A stretch of DNA of 64,000 nucleotides, taken from the NCBI GenBank assembly GCA_000092065.1, contig CP000581.1. The stretch is one strand, 5' to 3'. The stretch comes from Ostreococcus lucimarinus (taxonomy: Eukaryota). How positions within the stretch are numbered: the first letter of the stretch is position 1; every line of letters starts with the position of its first letter. The position numbers and the translations under genes are program-made. This document shows, one piece after another, positions 8,846 through 20,147 of the stretch. The notes under the pieces were generated by a model. That model searched no databases. It saw only the letters and a list, made by a program, of their open reading frames with translations, and was not told the DNA's origin.

Positions 8846-9757
8846 CTAATCAAACGACGGCGCGAAGCTCGGCATGGACGCCAATTTCTCCGCGCGCTTT
8901 GGCGCCGCCTGCGTCTTCGATTGGGTCTTCTTCTTTTTCGCCTTCGGCAGGTTCACGGGAATGCCCGGCAACATTAAAGGTTCGCCGGCCTCGATCGGGG
9001 GTTTCAACGCGCGCTCAACCTTGGTCTTCGTCTTGGTCAACAGCGTCTGCACCGTGGAGCAAATCGTCACCGGCGCCGCCAACGTGGACTCCTCCAACCT
9101 CGTCGCCCCCGCTAAACTCCTCGTGTACTCGCTCGCGCTCGCGCTCATCTCATCTAACTCATCATCGAGCCTCTCTTGCAACAAATGCGCCAGGGCCTCG
9201 TGAATCGCCTCCTTCTCGTCGAAATTTTTAAACACCTCTGGCGCCCCCGCGCCCATTCGCGACATCGGCGCGTTCGTCGTGTCCCTCGCCCCCACCACGA
9301 AGCTCTCCGCGTCCATCATTTTCTTCACGATCCGTCCCACCGCGTGCGCTCCGATCGCATCGCACGCCTCGATCGTCTCCGCCAGCGCCTCCAGCGCCCT
9401 CGGGCACGCGTACGCTCGCACCGGCTCTCCCTCCAATTGCGTCTCGTGCAGCGCGTACACGCAGTACACCCCCGTCGCTCGCGTCGCCAGCGTCTTCCCC
9501 GTCCGCGCGTACTTCATCGCGCAATCGTACGCGCACTGCACGTACCCGTTGTACGTCTGCTGCGCCGGCTTTCCCAGGTGCACGTTCGAGAACCGTCGCT
9601 CGCACCAGCGCGCTTTGAAATTCGCAAACGACATCGCCGCCGCGTACGCGTCGTCGCCGTCGTCGCGCGCGCGGTCGACGTCGCGCGCGTGGCGCTCGAT
9701 GAGATCCATGACGTCGATCTCCACGCCGCGGAGCTCGCGCTCGTCGCACGCGGGCAT
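8846..9757 (-). CDS. Conserved hypothetical protein (303 aa), Cys-containing globular N-terminal domain + K-rich tail
   Basis: ORF 8846..10780 is antisense to JmjC gene above 9848; in-frame ATG at 9755-9757 gives MPACDERELRGVEIDVMDLIERHARDVD...SFANFKARWCERRFSNVHLGKPAQQTYNGYVQCAYDCAMKYARTGKTLATRATGVYCVYALHETQLEGEPVRAYACPRALE...KAKKKKTQSKTQAAPKRAEK; no family recognised. Confidence 0.4.
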   Translation of the reverse strand: MPACDERELRGVEIDVMDLIERHARDVDRARDDGDDAYAAAMSFANFKARWCERRFSNVHLGKPAQQTYNGYVQCAYDCAMKYARTGKTLATRATGVYCVYALHETQLEGEPVRAYACPRALEALAETIEACDAIGAHAVGRIVKKMMDAESFVVGARDTTNAPMSRMGAGAPEVFKNFDEKEAIHEALAHLLQERLDDELDEMSASASEYTRSLAGATRLEESTLAAPVTICSTVQTLLTKTKTKVERALKPPIEAGEPLMLPGIPVNLPKAKKKKTQSKTQAAPKRAEKLASMPSFAPSFD

Positions 9758-9847
9758 GGCGACGACGACGCGCGGGCGAATGGCGACGACGCGCCATCGC
9801 GCGACGCCGACGCCGACGCGACGCGGCGCGGCGCGGCGCGGCGCGCG

Positions 9848-11050
9848 ATGGACGCGCGGGCGAAGGCGCTCGCGGCGCTCGAGCGCGCGGCGCGCGGCGC
9901 GGGCGCGTCGACGGCGGTGCGCGTCGCGGCGAACGCGGACGCGAGCGAGGCGGCGCTCGCGAGCGCGCGCGCGCTGGCGCACGACGCGCTGCACCGCGGA
10001 TCGTGGGCGGACGCGGACGAGTGCTGGCGGGGGGTGTACGCGGCGGCGACCGTGGCGTGGGCGCGACGCGCGGTGGCGAACGGGCGGGACGAGGGAGGCG
10101 AGCGCGCGCGCGACGCGCTGCGCGCGCTCGATTTGGCCGCCATGCTCGGAGGCGCGTGGTTTCGGGACGACGTGCGCGACGCGATAGCGGACGTGCGCGC
10201 GATGCGTGGGAAGAGGGAAAGACCGCGAGCGAGGCGCTGGAGCGCGTCGATCGATGAGGGAGAATCGACGGCGGGACGCGACGGCGACGAGACGGCGACG
10301 AGGCGCGCCGACGTGTCCATGGAGGCGTTTTATAGGGATTTCATGGCGAAGCGAGGCGAGGACGGCGAGTCGAGCGATTGCGGTACCCCGATCGTGCTCG
10401 ATGCGCTCGTCAAGCACTGGCCCGCGGTGACGAAGTGGAGAGACGGGGCGTACCTGGACGAAATCGTCGGCGATCGCACGGTGCCCGTCGAACTGGGGAA
10501 GACGTACGTCGACGACGCGTGGTCGCAGAAACTCATGACGATGCGTGAGTTCATGGACGCGTACGTCGACGGCGACGACGACGAGTCGACTCGACGCGCG
10601 AGCGGTGGTGCGGACGTGGGTTACCTCGCCCAGCACGAACTCTTCGAGCAGTGCCCAGAATTGAAGCGCGACATCGAGGAACCGCTGTATTGCGCGCTCG
10701 GCACCGGCACCGTGTGCGCGGTCAACGCCTGGTTCGGACCCGCGCACACGGAGTCTCCGGCGCACACTGACCCGCATCACAACCTACTGTGCCAAGTCAT
10801 CGGCGTCAAGCGCGTGCGTCTCTTCGCGCCGAGCGAGACGCCGAAGATGTACCCGCGCGACGCCCCGATGAGCAACACCTCCCGCGTCGACGTCATGCAC
10901 CCGAACTTGGACGAGTTCCCTCTCTTCGTCGACGTCGAGTTCATCGACGCGACGCTGTACCCCGGCGACGCCTTGTACATTCCACCCGGTTGGTGGCACC
11001 GCGTCAAAGCCGCCACCGTCTCGTTCAGCGTTTCGTATTGGTGGGACTGA
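9848..11050 (+). CDS. JmjC-domain protein, JMJD5/KDM8 (JMJ30)-like 2-oxoglutarate/Fe(II) oxygenase
   Basis: ATG 9848 (90 bp from divergent neighbour's ATG). C-terminal cupin: LYCALGTGTVCAVNAWFGPAHTESPAHTDPHHNLLCQVIGVKRVRLFAPSETPKMYP...LYPGDALYIPPGWWHRVKAATVSFSVSYWWD aligns with JMJD5 [30 protein letters not shown]; HxD...H iron triad present. Confidence 0.7.
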   Translation: MDARAKALAALERAARGAGASTAVRVAANADASEAALASARALAHDALHRGSWADADECWRGVYAAATVAWARRAVANGRDEGGERARDALRALDLAAMLGGAWFRDDVRDAIADVRAMRGKRERPRARRWSASIDEGESTAGRDGDETATRRADVSMEAFYRDFMAKRGEDGESSDCGTPIVLDALVKHWPAVTKWRDGAYLDEIVGDRTVPVELGKTYVDDAWSQKLMTMREFMDAYVDGDDDESTRRASGGADVGYLAQHELFEQCPELKRDIEEPLYCALGTGTVCAVNAWFGPAHTESPAHTDPHHNLLCQVIGVKRVRLFAPSETPKMYPRDAPMSNTSRVDVMHPNLDEFPLFVDVEFIDATLYPGDALYIPPGWWHRVKAATVSFSVSYWWD

Positions 11051-11288
11051 CGCTCCATCGTTCGACCGCGTAAGCCTAGCCCTAGCGTAGATGAATCAAC
11101 GCGCGAGCCATCGCGTTGCCGTCGTTCGTCGCGCCCTTCGCTGCATGCGCCGTCGACAGTCCGACTCGACTCTTCGCGGCGTCGGCGGCGACCTCCGTTT
11201 GAAATTTCTCCAAACCGTCGCCAACGTCGGCACTCGGCGGCGCGCGAATCGCCCGTCGCGACGCGCGTATTCAGGCGAACCGCGCGAC

Positions 11289-12404
11289 ATGCGTCTCTCG
11301 CGCGCTTTCCTCGCCTTCCTCGTCGCTCTCGCGGCGGCGTCGGCGCCGCGCGTCCGCGCGCGCGCGCTCGGTGTCGACGCGCTCGGCACCTCCACGCTCG
11401 AGCTCGCGGCGCCGACGAGCGCGAAACCGGCGCGGTTTAACGAGTACAAGATCATGCCCGGTCACACGAAGCGGTCGCACGTGCTGAGCGCGCGCGCGCA
11501 CGAGTACGTCGACGCGGCGACGCTGCCGAAGACGTTCGTGTGGAACGACGTCAAGGGACACAACTTTTTGACGAAGTCGCTGAATCAGCACATCCCTCAG
11601 TATTGCGGTTCGTGCTGGGCGCACGGTGCGATGAGCGCGCTGGCGGATCGAATTCAAATTGCGAGCGGGAAGAAACGAGCGCAAGACGTGAACTTGGCGA
11701 TTCAGCACATTCTAAACTGCGGGACGGAAATCGCGGGGTCCTGTCACGGGGGATCGCACACCGGAGCTTATCAATTCGTTCACGACACTGGATTCGTGCC
11801 GTACGACACGTGTTTGCCCTACGAAGCGTGCAGTGCGGAATCTACCGAAGGTAACTGCGCGCGAGGTGGTGATTACACGTGCACGGCGATGAACACCTGC
11901 CGAACGTGCAGCACGTTTGCGGAATTCGGCGGCTTTTGCAGCGCGCTGTCAACGTTCCCGAACGCCACCGTCGCGGAGTACGGGATGATCTCGGGTGAAA
12001 AGGAAATCATGGCTGAAATTTTCGCTCGCGGTCCCGTGTCTGCGGGGATCGATGCCGATGGATTGCGAGGTTACGTCGGCGGCATCTACAAAGACACGCC
12101 GGATTTCGAAATCAATCACATCGTCTCCATCGTCGGCTGGGGTACCGCGGATGATGGAACCAAATACTGGGTCGTGCGTAACTCGTGGGGTCAATACTGG
12201 GGAGAGATGGGTTTTTTTCGCATCATTCGAGGCGTGAACTCTCTCGGAATCGAAGACGAAGTCGCGTGGGCGACGCCCGGCTCTTGGACCCACATGAACT
12301 TCGCGTGCTACGAAGACGGGAGCAACTGTATTCGCAAGAAGGACTACGTCGACCCATCCACGCCCGGACGCAAGCCGTACGGCGAGTATCATCTGGAAAA
12401 CTAG
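11289..12404 (+). CDS. Papain-family cysteine protease, cathepsin X/Z-like, with signal peptide
   Basis: ATG 11289: MRLSRAFLAFLVALAAASAPRVRARA (signal); NQHIPQYCGSCWAHGAMSALADRIQIA (cathepsin X active-site Cys context), HGGSHTGAYQFV, ...HIVSIVGWGTADDGTKYWVVRNSWGQYWGEMGFFRI (His and Asn of triad). Confidence 0.8.
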   Translation: MRLSRAFLAFLVALAAASAPRVRARALGVDALGTSTLELAAPTSAKPARFNEYKIMPGHTKRSHVLSARAHEYVDAATLPKTFVWNDVKGHNFLTKSLNQHIPQYCGSCWAHGAMSALADRIQIASGKKRAQDVNLAIQHILNCGTEIAGSCHGGSHTGAYQFVHDTGFVPYDTCLPYEACSAESTEGNCARGGDYTCTAMNTCRTCSTFAEFGGFCSALSTFPNATVAEYGMISGEKEIMAEIFARGPVSAGIDADGLRGYVGGIYKDTPDFEINHIVSIVGWGTADDGTKYWVVRNSWGQYWGEMGFFRIIRGVNSLGIEDEVAWATPGSWTHMNFACYEDGSNCIRKKDYVDPSTPGRKPYGEYHLEN

Positions 12405-12533
12405 GCCGTCTGCCGCTCACTCATCATGTATCGACTCTTCGCGCGTTGTAAATCACGTCAAACATTTCTTGTTCACATCGTCGCCTCGGACGCGGCGTTC
12501 AGGACACAGAGCGCGACGCGCATCGTCGCGTCG

Positions 12534-14180
12534 ATGACTATAAGACATCGGCATCGCAGACGTCGTTCACTCTGTCAGCGATATCTGTTCGCGAACATCG
12601 TCGTGCTGAGTTTCGCGCTGAGTTTCTGGGCCAGTCGGAAAATTGCGAGGTGGCTCGTCCCAGCCACTGCGGTGTGGGTCGAAACACACGGTTGCCACGC
12701 GTACGGCAAACCCATCTCGATTCGAGGTAAACACCGTCATTTACCTCGGCGTTCGTTCGATCCGAAGAGTGGGTTTTGTTTGTGTCGCCGAAGTCACGAC
12801 GGATTCGCGTGGTCGACGGCGCATCGCGGGTGCCCGAAATTTCCCGTAGACTGCGCAAACGAGTGCGCGACGTCCGATGTGCCGCCACCGCCGCATGATG
12901 GCGTGAAGAGATCGAGACGGTGGCTCCATCGGTTCGACGCTACACGACGACGTGCAAAATGCGTTGAAACGTCGATTCAGCCCGAAATTCGACGATTATT
13001 CGAGAAGATTGAGACCGCAACGATGACGCCGAAGATGCCAGTCGGATCGTTGCCCAATTTGCGCAAAATAATTACGACGGACTTCGTGGCATCGGGTGTG
13101 CGCATTCCAATCATCCATCGCTTACGCCTCCGAGAACGAGTAGACACATTTCTTCGGGATGCGCCGAGCGCGAACGGTGCATTTCGAGGGCGCGGGATCG
13201 TCATCGTCGGCAGCGCGAGCAACGCGAAATACTCGACAGCGTATTGGATCGCTCTCCATTCGCTTCGGCGAACGGGTGCATGCGCGCTCCCCGTCGAAAT
13301 TTGGTTTCCAAAAGGCGAACTTCCAACGTGCGAACAAGCAAAGTCGATGCGCGCTCTCGGTGCGACGCCGCGCTCATTTGAGCGCTCGTTTGAGCGCCTC
13401 GCGAAGAATCGTTTCGCATACAAGCTTCTCGCGGTCGCGATTAGCGAATTCGATCAAGTCTTGTACATGGATGCCGATAATATCGCGCTTACAGCGAACT
13501 TGTGTCGACTTTTTGACACGAGCGAAGATTACGCGCGCACCGGGGCTTTATTATGGCAAGACTTTTGGTCGTCGAGCGCGGCTCCCGATTTGTTCGACGT
13601 CCTGCCGTCGTCGCCTGCGCTCGATTTCAACGGCACGCACGAGAGCGGGCAGTTTCTCGTCCACAAGTCTCGTGTGTGGCGCGCACTTGCGCTCGCACTC
13701 TTCATGAATGCGTACCCGGAGATATTTTCTCCATTAAGCGGCAACTACATGGGATGGGGAGATAAAGAGTTTCTCGCCTCAGCCTTAGCCGCGACGAAGA
13801 CGCCCTTCGCGCGCGTTTCGCGCTTACCCCAACACGTCGGCGTCGCCGTGCACGACCGCATTTCAATCTGGGGCAATGCCATGCTCCAGTTCGATGACGC
13901 CGACGTCCCACTGTTCCTGCACGCCAACGTCGGCAAAATCGTCGCTCGCGACTTTCCGTGCGCGAACGTCTCCGCGTACGTACACCGATGGACATCGCAC
14001 GCCGATGTCCTCGCACGAGCAACTAACACGCGCGACTTCGAGCTCGACTGGCTCGTTGATACCGCGTGTTCCGTCGTTCGCACCGTTTCGGACGACGATC
14101 ACACCGACGTCGCCTTCGCTCGCGCTCCTTTGCTTGATGGCATGCACCTCGCCGACCACCCGGGTGCACTAGGTAAATAG
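12534..14180 (+). CDS. Type-II membrane glycosyltransferase, GT-A fold with DXD motif (MNN/GT71-like mannosyltransferase family)
   Basis: ORF 12426.. begins 22 bp after cathepsin stop; in-frame ATG 12534 gives MTIRHRHRRRRSLCQRYLFANIVVLSFALSFWAS (signal anchor). Catalytic region GIVIVGSASNAKYSTAYWIALHSLRRTG...LPVEIWF...VLYMDADN (DXD)...SGQFLVHKSRVW; family assignment tentative. Confidence 0.45.
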   Translation: MTIRHRHRRRRSLCQRYLFANIVVLSFALSFWASRKIARWLVPATAVWVETHGCHAYGKPISIRGKHRHLPRRSFDPKSGFCLCRRSHDGFAWSTAHRGCPKFPVDCANECATSDVPPPPHDGVKRSRRWLHRFDATRRRAKCVETSIQPEIRRLFEKIETATMTPKMPVGSLPNLRKIITTDFVASGVRIPIIHRLRLRERVDTFLRDAPSANGAFRGRGIVIVGSASNAKYSTAYWIALHSLRRTGACALPVEIWFPKGELPTCEQAKSMRALGATPRSFERSFERLAKNRFAYKLLAVAISEFDQVLYMDADNIALTANLCRLFDTSEDYARTGALLWQDFWSSSAAPDLFDVLPSSPALDFNGTHESGQFLVHKSRVWRALALALFMNAYPEIFSPLSGNYMGWGDKEFLASALAATKTPFARVSRLPQHVGVAVHDRISIWGNAMLQFDDADVPLFLHANVGKIVARDFPCANVSAYVHRWTSHADVLARATNTRDFELDWLVDTACSVVRTVSDDDHTDVAFARAPLLDGMHLADHPGALGK

Positions 14181-14340
14181 TGAGCCTTCACATTTCAATC
14201 CCAACTCCCCAAACTGATGCATGACTCACGTAAACACACACACAAATAAACCATCAAAAACACATAAACGACGAGTCGCATCGACGTCGACGTCGACGAC
14301 ACGCGCGCGACCCTCACACTACGACGCGAACACCGTCGAC

Positions 14341-16722
14341 ATGAGCGCTCCGCTCGCCCAGCGCGCGACCGCGTCGCTCGCGCGCACGAACGCGAAGAAT
14401 GCTTCCCTCAAGACCCGCGCTCGCCGCGCGCGCGCGACGCCGCGCGCGGCCGCGACCGAGGGTGGTGATGCCGAAAAGGTGCGCGCGGGGCGACGACGCG
14501 ATGCGACGTGAACGCGCGCGCGGGGACGCGCGCGGCGGGGAGCGAGAGACGCGCGCGCGAACGCGCGTCGGAATGATTTTCGTTCGCGCGCGCGCGGGGC
14601 GCAGGCGCGCGGATAACGTCCGCGTGGGCGTGCGGGCGCGGATAGACGCGGACGGCGCGTGACGTCCGCGATAAGGCGCGCGTGGATTACCGGCGACGAG
14701 AACGCGCGATGTCGTGGCGACGACGCGGTGCGCGCGCGATCGGGCGCACGGTGTGAAACGAAAGATACTGACGGATGCGCGTACGAAACGTAGGTGGACC
14801 AAACGCGTCGCGATGCGTTGAAGATGGCGGCGGGTTTCGCGGCGACGTTTGGCTTGGCGCAAAGCGCGAGCGCGGCGGACGACGTCGCGTCTTCTCGCAT
14901 GTCTTACTCTCGATTCCTCGAGTACCTCGACATGGGACGGGTGAAGAAGGTTGATTTGTACGAGCAAGGCACGATCGCTATCGTGGAGGCGGTTTCGCCG
15001 GAGCTTGGTAACCGCGTGCAGCGCGTGCGCGTGCAGCTTCCGGGAACGTCTTCCGAGTTGCTCAAGAAGTTCCGTGAAAAGAATGTTGATTTCGCGGCGC
15101 ACACGAACACGGAGGACAACGGACAAGTGTTCTTGAACTTGCTCGGCAACTTGGCATTCCCGCTCTTGCTCGTCGGGGGGTTATTCTTGCTCACTCGCCG
15201 CCAGCAAGGCGGCGGCGGCGGCGGCATGCCGGGCGGCATGGGCGGCCCGAACAACCCCATGGCGTTCGGCAAGTCCAAGGCCAAGTTCCAAATGGAACCG
15301 AACACTGGCGTCACTTTCGATGACGTTGCCGGTGTGAAGGAAGCTAAGAACGATTTCATGGAGATTGTCGAGTTCTTGAAGCGTCCGGAGCGATTCACCG
15401 CCGTTGGTGCCAAGATCCCGAAGGGGTGCCTTCTGGTCGGTCCGCCGGGTACGGGTAAGACCTTGCTCGCCAAGGCGATCGCCGGTGAAGCTGGTGTCCC
15501 GTTCTTCTCCATCTCTGGTTCTGAATTCGTTGAAATGTTCGTCGGTGTCGGTGCGTCCCGCGTCCGCGATCTCTTCAAGAAGGCGAAGGAAAACGCCCCG
15601 TGCATCATCTTCGTTGACGAAATCGACGCCGTCGGTCGCTCCCGTGGTACCGGCGTCGGCGGTGGTAACGACGAGCGCGAACAAACGTTGAACCAGCTTC
15701 TTACCGAAATGGATGGTTTCGAAGGCAACACCGGTATTATCGTCATTGCGGCGACGAACCGTGCCGACATCCTCGACCCGGCGCTCCTCCGTCCGGGTCG
15801 CTTTGACCGCCAAGTGGCCGTCGACGTCCCGGATCTCGCCGGTCGCGTCGAAATCTTGGGTGTTCACGCCAAGAACAAGCGTTTCGAAGACGAAGTCGAT
15901 CTTGAAATGATTGCCAAGCGCACCCCGGGATTCTCCGGTGCCGACCTGTCCAACCTTCTCAACGAGGCCGCCATTCTTTGCGGTCGACGCGGCAAAACCG
16001 CCATCAGCCTCTCTGAAGTCGACGACTCCGTTGATCGCATTGTCGCCGGTATGGAAGGTACGCGCTTGAACGATGGTAAGGCCAAGAGCCTCGTAGCGTA
16101 TCACGAAGTCGGTCACGCCATTTGCGGCACGCTCACTCCGGGTCACGACCCGGTGCAAAAGGTGACTTTGATCCCGCGTGGTCAAGCCAAGGGTTTGACG
16201 TGGTTCATCCCGGGTGAGGACGCGTCTCTCATCTCCAAGCAACAGATTTTCGCTCGCGTCGTCGGTGCTCTCGGTGGGCGTGCGGCGGAAGAAGTTATCT
16301 TCGGTGAGGCTGAAGTGACCACGGGTGCGAGCAGCGACCTCAACCAAGTCGCGTCCATGGCGAAGCAAATGGTCACCACGTTCGGTATGTCTGACATTGG
16401 TCCGTGGTCGCTCCAAGATCCGAGCGCTCAAGGTGGTGACATGATCATGCGCATGATGGCGCGCAACTCCATGTCTGAGAAGCTCGCCAACGACATCGAC
16501 GTTGCCACCAAGCGCATCGCCGACGAAGCGTACGAGGTTGCCGTCAAGCAAATCAGAGACAACCGCGAGGCTATCGACGTCATCACGGAGGAACTCATGG
16601 AAGTCGAAACCATGACTGGCGAACGTTTCCGCGAGATCCTCTCGCAGTTCGTCGAGATCCCGGCGGTGAACATCCCGGGTGAAGTGAAGATGGCTACTGT
16701 GAACGCGGGTGGTAAGCTTTAA
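14341..16722 (+). CDS. FTSH: Thylakoid FtsH ATP-dependent zinc metalloprotease; exon1 14341..14478 (stromal transit peptide), 315-nt intron GTGCGC...TAG, exon2 14794..16722
   Basis: Exon2 ORF (track start is GTG at 14794): [30 protein letters not shown] (twin-Arg lumenal-type signal) then AAA module [61 protein letters not shown], and HEVGHAI zinc site. Upstream ORF 14221..14511 supplies ATG(14341) [46 protein letters not shown] followed by gtgcgc donor; acceptor ...cgtag|GTGGACC keeps phase 0. Confidence 0.75.
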
Positions 16723-17024
16723 GTGCTGTACTCATCGGAGAGCATCAAGGATAGAGATGTGATGCCGTCGGCTTCGAAACAGCGCCGCAGAACTTTAGTT
16801 GCAAACTTCTAGAGAGTGGGTGATTCCCAGAAAAGCGAATCGTCGCGGGCTTAGGCGCGATGAGCTTGTAATATGGAACAATTGAACAACACGCAAACGT
16901 CACGATGAGCGCTCTCACACGCCTGAAATGAATTAAAAAAGACGCCGCCTCCTTCGACGCGTCCGTCGTCGCCCGCCTCGCTAAACTACACAATGCGCGA
17001 ACACGCTCTATCTAGACCGAACCC

Positions 17025-17282
17025 CTACTTTTTCGTCATCCTCGCCAACCTATTTAGATGATGATTGATCGTGTTCATCTTCTTCGGCGCCTTGGCGCGC
17101 AATTCCAAACACGAGTCCAGCGCCTTTCTCGCGCTCGCGCACTTGCCCTCCTCAAAGCTATTCGTCTTGTAACACGTCAACAGCGCAAACATCTCCGTCA
17201 TGCACGCCACGTCCCTGCGCTTGCCCTTACCCGCGCTCTTGGTGTTGATGCGCAGCCGCGGCTCGCTGGGCGTCTTCGCCAT
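17025..17282 (-). CDS. Twin Cx9C (CHCH) protein, mitochondrial ribosomal protein Mrp10/mS37-like
   Basis: 85 aa: ...CMTEMFALLTC (Cx9C) ... CASARKALDSC (Cx9C) ...KKMNTINHHLNRLARM, parallels yeast Mrp10 C..LMSNLLQC / C..LVTELKSC / INYHAARL. Confidence 0.55.
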   Translation of the reverse strand: MAKTPSEPRLRINTKSAGKGKRRDVACMTEMFALLTCYKTNSFEEGKCASARKALDSCLELRAKAPKKMNTINHHLNRLARMTKK

Positions 17283-17663
17283 CGCGCTTCGCGCGCGCGC
17301 GGCGTCGAAGTCGGTCGCGAGAAAAGATCGGCGGCGAGCTCGCGGACGTTCGCGCGTCGTCAGCCGCGAACGCTAGCGTTGCGGTTCGTGCGTGACGATA
17401 TTTAAGATCACGTTGGATCCGCCGAGGCGTGGACGGCTTCGCGCGCTCGATATGCGGCGAAAAGTACGGAGCGAAAGGTGCAAGGCGCGGGACGCGAGCA
17501 CCGCGCGCGCGTCGCCGCACGGCGCGGCGCGGCCAACACAGCGGCGAGGACGACGACGGTGGGACGCAGACGAAAGACGATTGAGGAATAGGAATGTAAT
17601 GTTAAGTGGAAAGTCACCCTTGGTCTACGGCCACTCGGTGTACGGCAAGAGACGACCCGACGC

Positions 17664-18583
17664 TTAGTAGAAGGAGAAGCCCTTGGCCGCGTTGGTGAGG
17701 ACGTTCGAGTGGATCGGATCCGCGACGTGGGATTGCCAGTTGGCGATCGGGCCTTCTTGGGTGGCGAGCGCTTGGAAGATGCAGCCCAACCACGCGAACA
17801 TGGACAAGCGGGAGTGCTTGAGTTCCTTGATCTTGAGCTCCTCGAGGTCGCCCGCTTCGGCGAAGCCGAGCGGATCGAAGCGGCCGCCCGGGGTGACGTC
17901 GCCTTGGGTGAGCTCCGGGAACGGGTTCTCGAAGATGCCCGTGCGGTAGGATTCCGCGGAGCCAACGAGGAAGATCTCGATCGCGAGCACGGCCCAGAAG
18001 TTCGGGTAGCCAGAGCCCGCCGGCGCGAGCGGCGCGACGGCGCCCGGGAACTTGTCCGCCACCGCGGTGCAGTCATCCGGCGTGCACAACGTGCCCGCGG
18101 TGAACCACGGGATTCCCGTGCCGTTCTCCGCCGCCCACGCACCGGTCACGCCGAGCATGGCCCATCGGCCGTGAATGATCTCGCGTTCCGCATTCTTTTC
18201 ATCGCCGAACGGAATGATCGGCGACTCGCCGCCGCCCGGGTACGTGCCGAACTCCGGGTACAAGTCCGGCGGCGCGAGCGACCCGAACTGTCCCGCCTGT
18301 TCGCATCGTTCGATCGCGTTCGTCCATCGTCAGTCTTCCGCTCTCGTTCCATCGCGGCTTCGCTCGCGTCCGCGTTCGTTTCGCGCGCGTCGCGCTGTTT
18401 TCGCGAGCGTTCGGCAAAGATACGATCTCGCGACGTCGCGCGCGATCGCACCTTGAAGGCGGACTTTTTCGCCGGCGCGCTCGCCTTGGTGCGGCGCGCG
18501 ACGACGGCGGTGTCGATCTTGCGCGACGTCGCGCGCTTCGGCGCCGCGGCGACGCGAACGCCGGTGAACGTGGACGTGAGCAT
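17664..18583 (-). CDS. Light-harvesting chlorophyll a/b-binding protein (LHC superfamily); exon1 18583..18452, 155-nt intron GTGCGA...AG (18451..18297), exon2 18296..17664
   Basis: Exon2 has both LHC helices: DEKNAEREIIHGRWAMLGVTGAWAAE and EELKIKELKHSRLSMFAWLGCIFQALAT, ends ...NAAKGFSFY*. In-frame TGA lies upstream of exon2. Exon1 (ORF 18146..18583) MLTSTFTGVRVAAAPKRATSRKIDTAVVARRTKASAPAKKSAFK is a transit peptide ending at ttcaag|gtgcga; acceptor aacag|GCG restores phase 0. Confidence 0.8.
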
Positions 18584-18763
18584 GGCGTCTGTCGGCGGGT
18601 GCTGATATGACGCGCGGCGATTCGGCGATCCGGATCGACGGATCGAGCGAGTCGGATTCGCGACGATTCGTGATTGGAGAGGGGTGACTATTGAAAATTG
18701 ACGCGGCGCGACGCGCGGCGCGCGCGGCGCGCGCGGCGCGCGCCGGCGCGCGAGATCGAGCGG

Positions 18764-20053
18764 CTAGTTGTACTGCATGTACTTCGCGGTGGAGGAGAAC
18801 TTTTGATAGCCCTTGATGACTTTGTTGATGGCGTCCAAGAAATCCTTTTCGCCGACGGTTTTCCGGCGCTGGCGAATGGCGAACATGCCGGCTTCGGTGC
18901 ACACGGAGTGGATCTCCGCCCCGGTGGCGTTGGGACACAGGCGCGCTAAAAGTTCGTAGCGAATGTCGCGCTCGACAGCCATGGAGCGGGTGTGAATCTT
19001 GAAAATTTGCGTTCGGGACTCCAAGTCGGGCAAGCCGAATTCAACCTTGCGGTCGAGACGCCCGGGACGCAACAGCGCCGGATCCAGAGTGTCGGGTCTA
19101 TTCGTGGCCATCAATACCTTGATGTTGCCTCTGGCGTCGAACCCATCGAGCTGGTTCACAATCTCAAGCATCGTACGCTGCACTTCGTTGTCTCCGCCTT
19201 GACCGTCGTCGAAGCGAGCGCCGCCGATGGCGTCGACTTCGTCGAAAAAAATCAAACACGCCTTTTTGCTCCTCGCCATCTGGAACAGCTCTCGAACTAA
19301 CCTCGCACCTTCCCCGACGTACTTTTGCACCAACTCGCTCCCGATGACGCGAATAAAACACGCATCCGTGCGATTCGCCACCGCGCGCGCCAGGAGCGTC
19401 TTACCCGTCCCCGGCGGCCCGTAACACAATACCCCTTTCGGCGGATCGATCCCAAGCTTCGCGAACTTCTCGGGGTGCAACAACGGTAACTCCACGACTT
19501 CGCGAAGCTTCTCAATCTGTTCTTTCGACCCCCCGACGTCGCCGTACGTCACGTCGGGCTTTTCCTCAACCGTCATCATCGTCACGCTCGGATCGATCTT
19601 CGGTGGCAACGGCAACTGTATGAAATACTTATTCCGGTCCACCCCCACCCGCATCCCCTCCTCAATGTCCGTCGGCGCCACCTCGTTCCCCAAACCCACG
19701 ACGAACTTTGCGATTTGTTTCACGTTTATCACGTACTGCGCGTCCTCCGTCCCCGGGTTGATGATCTTCGTGCATCTCGCCACTTGCAACGGTTGCTGCT
19801 CCTGGAACGCCTGTTTATCCGCCGTCAAATCCCACTGCGACGGCGGCGCCAGCCCGGTGTCGCTCTCCTTGATCCCGCACAAGTCGTTCACGCGCTTACT
19901 GATCGTCTTCAGGTCGTTTTCGAGATCTTTAATCGCGTCGTTATACGCCCCCAACCCGTACGTCTTCAGCAGCGCGATGTCGTCCTCGTCCAGGGGGATG
20001 ATCTTTTTATCCGCGTCGCCGAACTCGACGTCCTCCGCGCTCGGGACGCCCAT
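18764..20053 (-). CDS. RPT1: 26S proteasome regulatory subunit 7 (Rpt1 / PSMC2), AAA ATPase
   Basis: From ATG 20053: [38 protein letters not shown]...[39 protein letters not shown]...[40 protein letters not shown]...ends [12 protein letters not shown]; near-colinear with human PSMC2. Upstream 49 codons of the ORF (MDDRVASS...) are poorly conserved. Confidence 0.9.
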   Translation of the reverse strand: MGVPSAEDVEFGDADKKIIPLDEDDIALLKTYGLGAYNDAIKDLENDLKTISKRVNDLCGIKESDTGLAPPSQWDLTADKQAFQEQQPLQVARCTKIINPGTEDAQYVINVKQIAKFVVGLGNEVAPTDIEEGMRVGVDRNKYFIQLPLPPKIDPSVTMMTVEEKPDVTYGDVGGSKEQIEKLREVVELPLLHPEKFAKLGIDPPKGVLCYGPPGTGKTLLARAVANRTDACFIRVIGSELVQKYVGEGARLVRELFQMARSKKACLIFFDEVDAIGGARFDDGQGGDNEVQRTMLEIVNQLDGFDARGNIKVLMATNRPDTLDPALLRPGRLDRKVEFGLPDLESRTQIFKIHTRSMAVERDIRYELLARLCPNATGAEIHSVCTEAGMFAIRQRRKTVGEKDFLDAINKVIKGYQKFSSTAKYMQYN

Positions 20054-20147
20054 GACGCGCGTCGTCCGCGTCGATCTCTGCCGTTCCGTTCGTTGCGCGT
20101 TTGACCGCGACCGCACACCGCCGCGCGCGCGCGATCGATCGCTCGAT

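Noticed and set aside
14221-14511. Stand-alone small ORFs 14221..14511 (+) and 18146..18583 (−) as independent genes
   Set aside because: Only their first 46 and 44 codons are meaningful (transit peptides), each ending at a GTGCG donor. They are 5' exons of FtsH and the LHC gene respectively; the remainder of each ORF is intron read-through.
14479-14793. FtsH intron as an introner element
   Set aside because: It is GC-rich and internally repetitive, which is suggestive, but I do not have a family consensus to compare it with, and the other four introns in the window do not resemble it. Left as an open question rather than a call.
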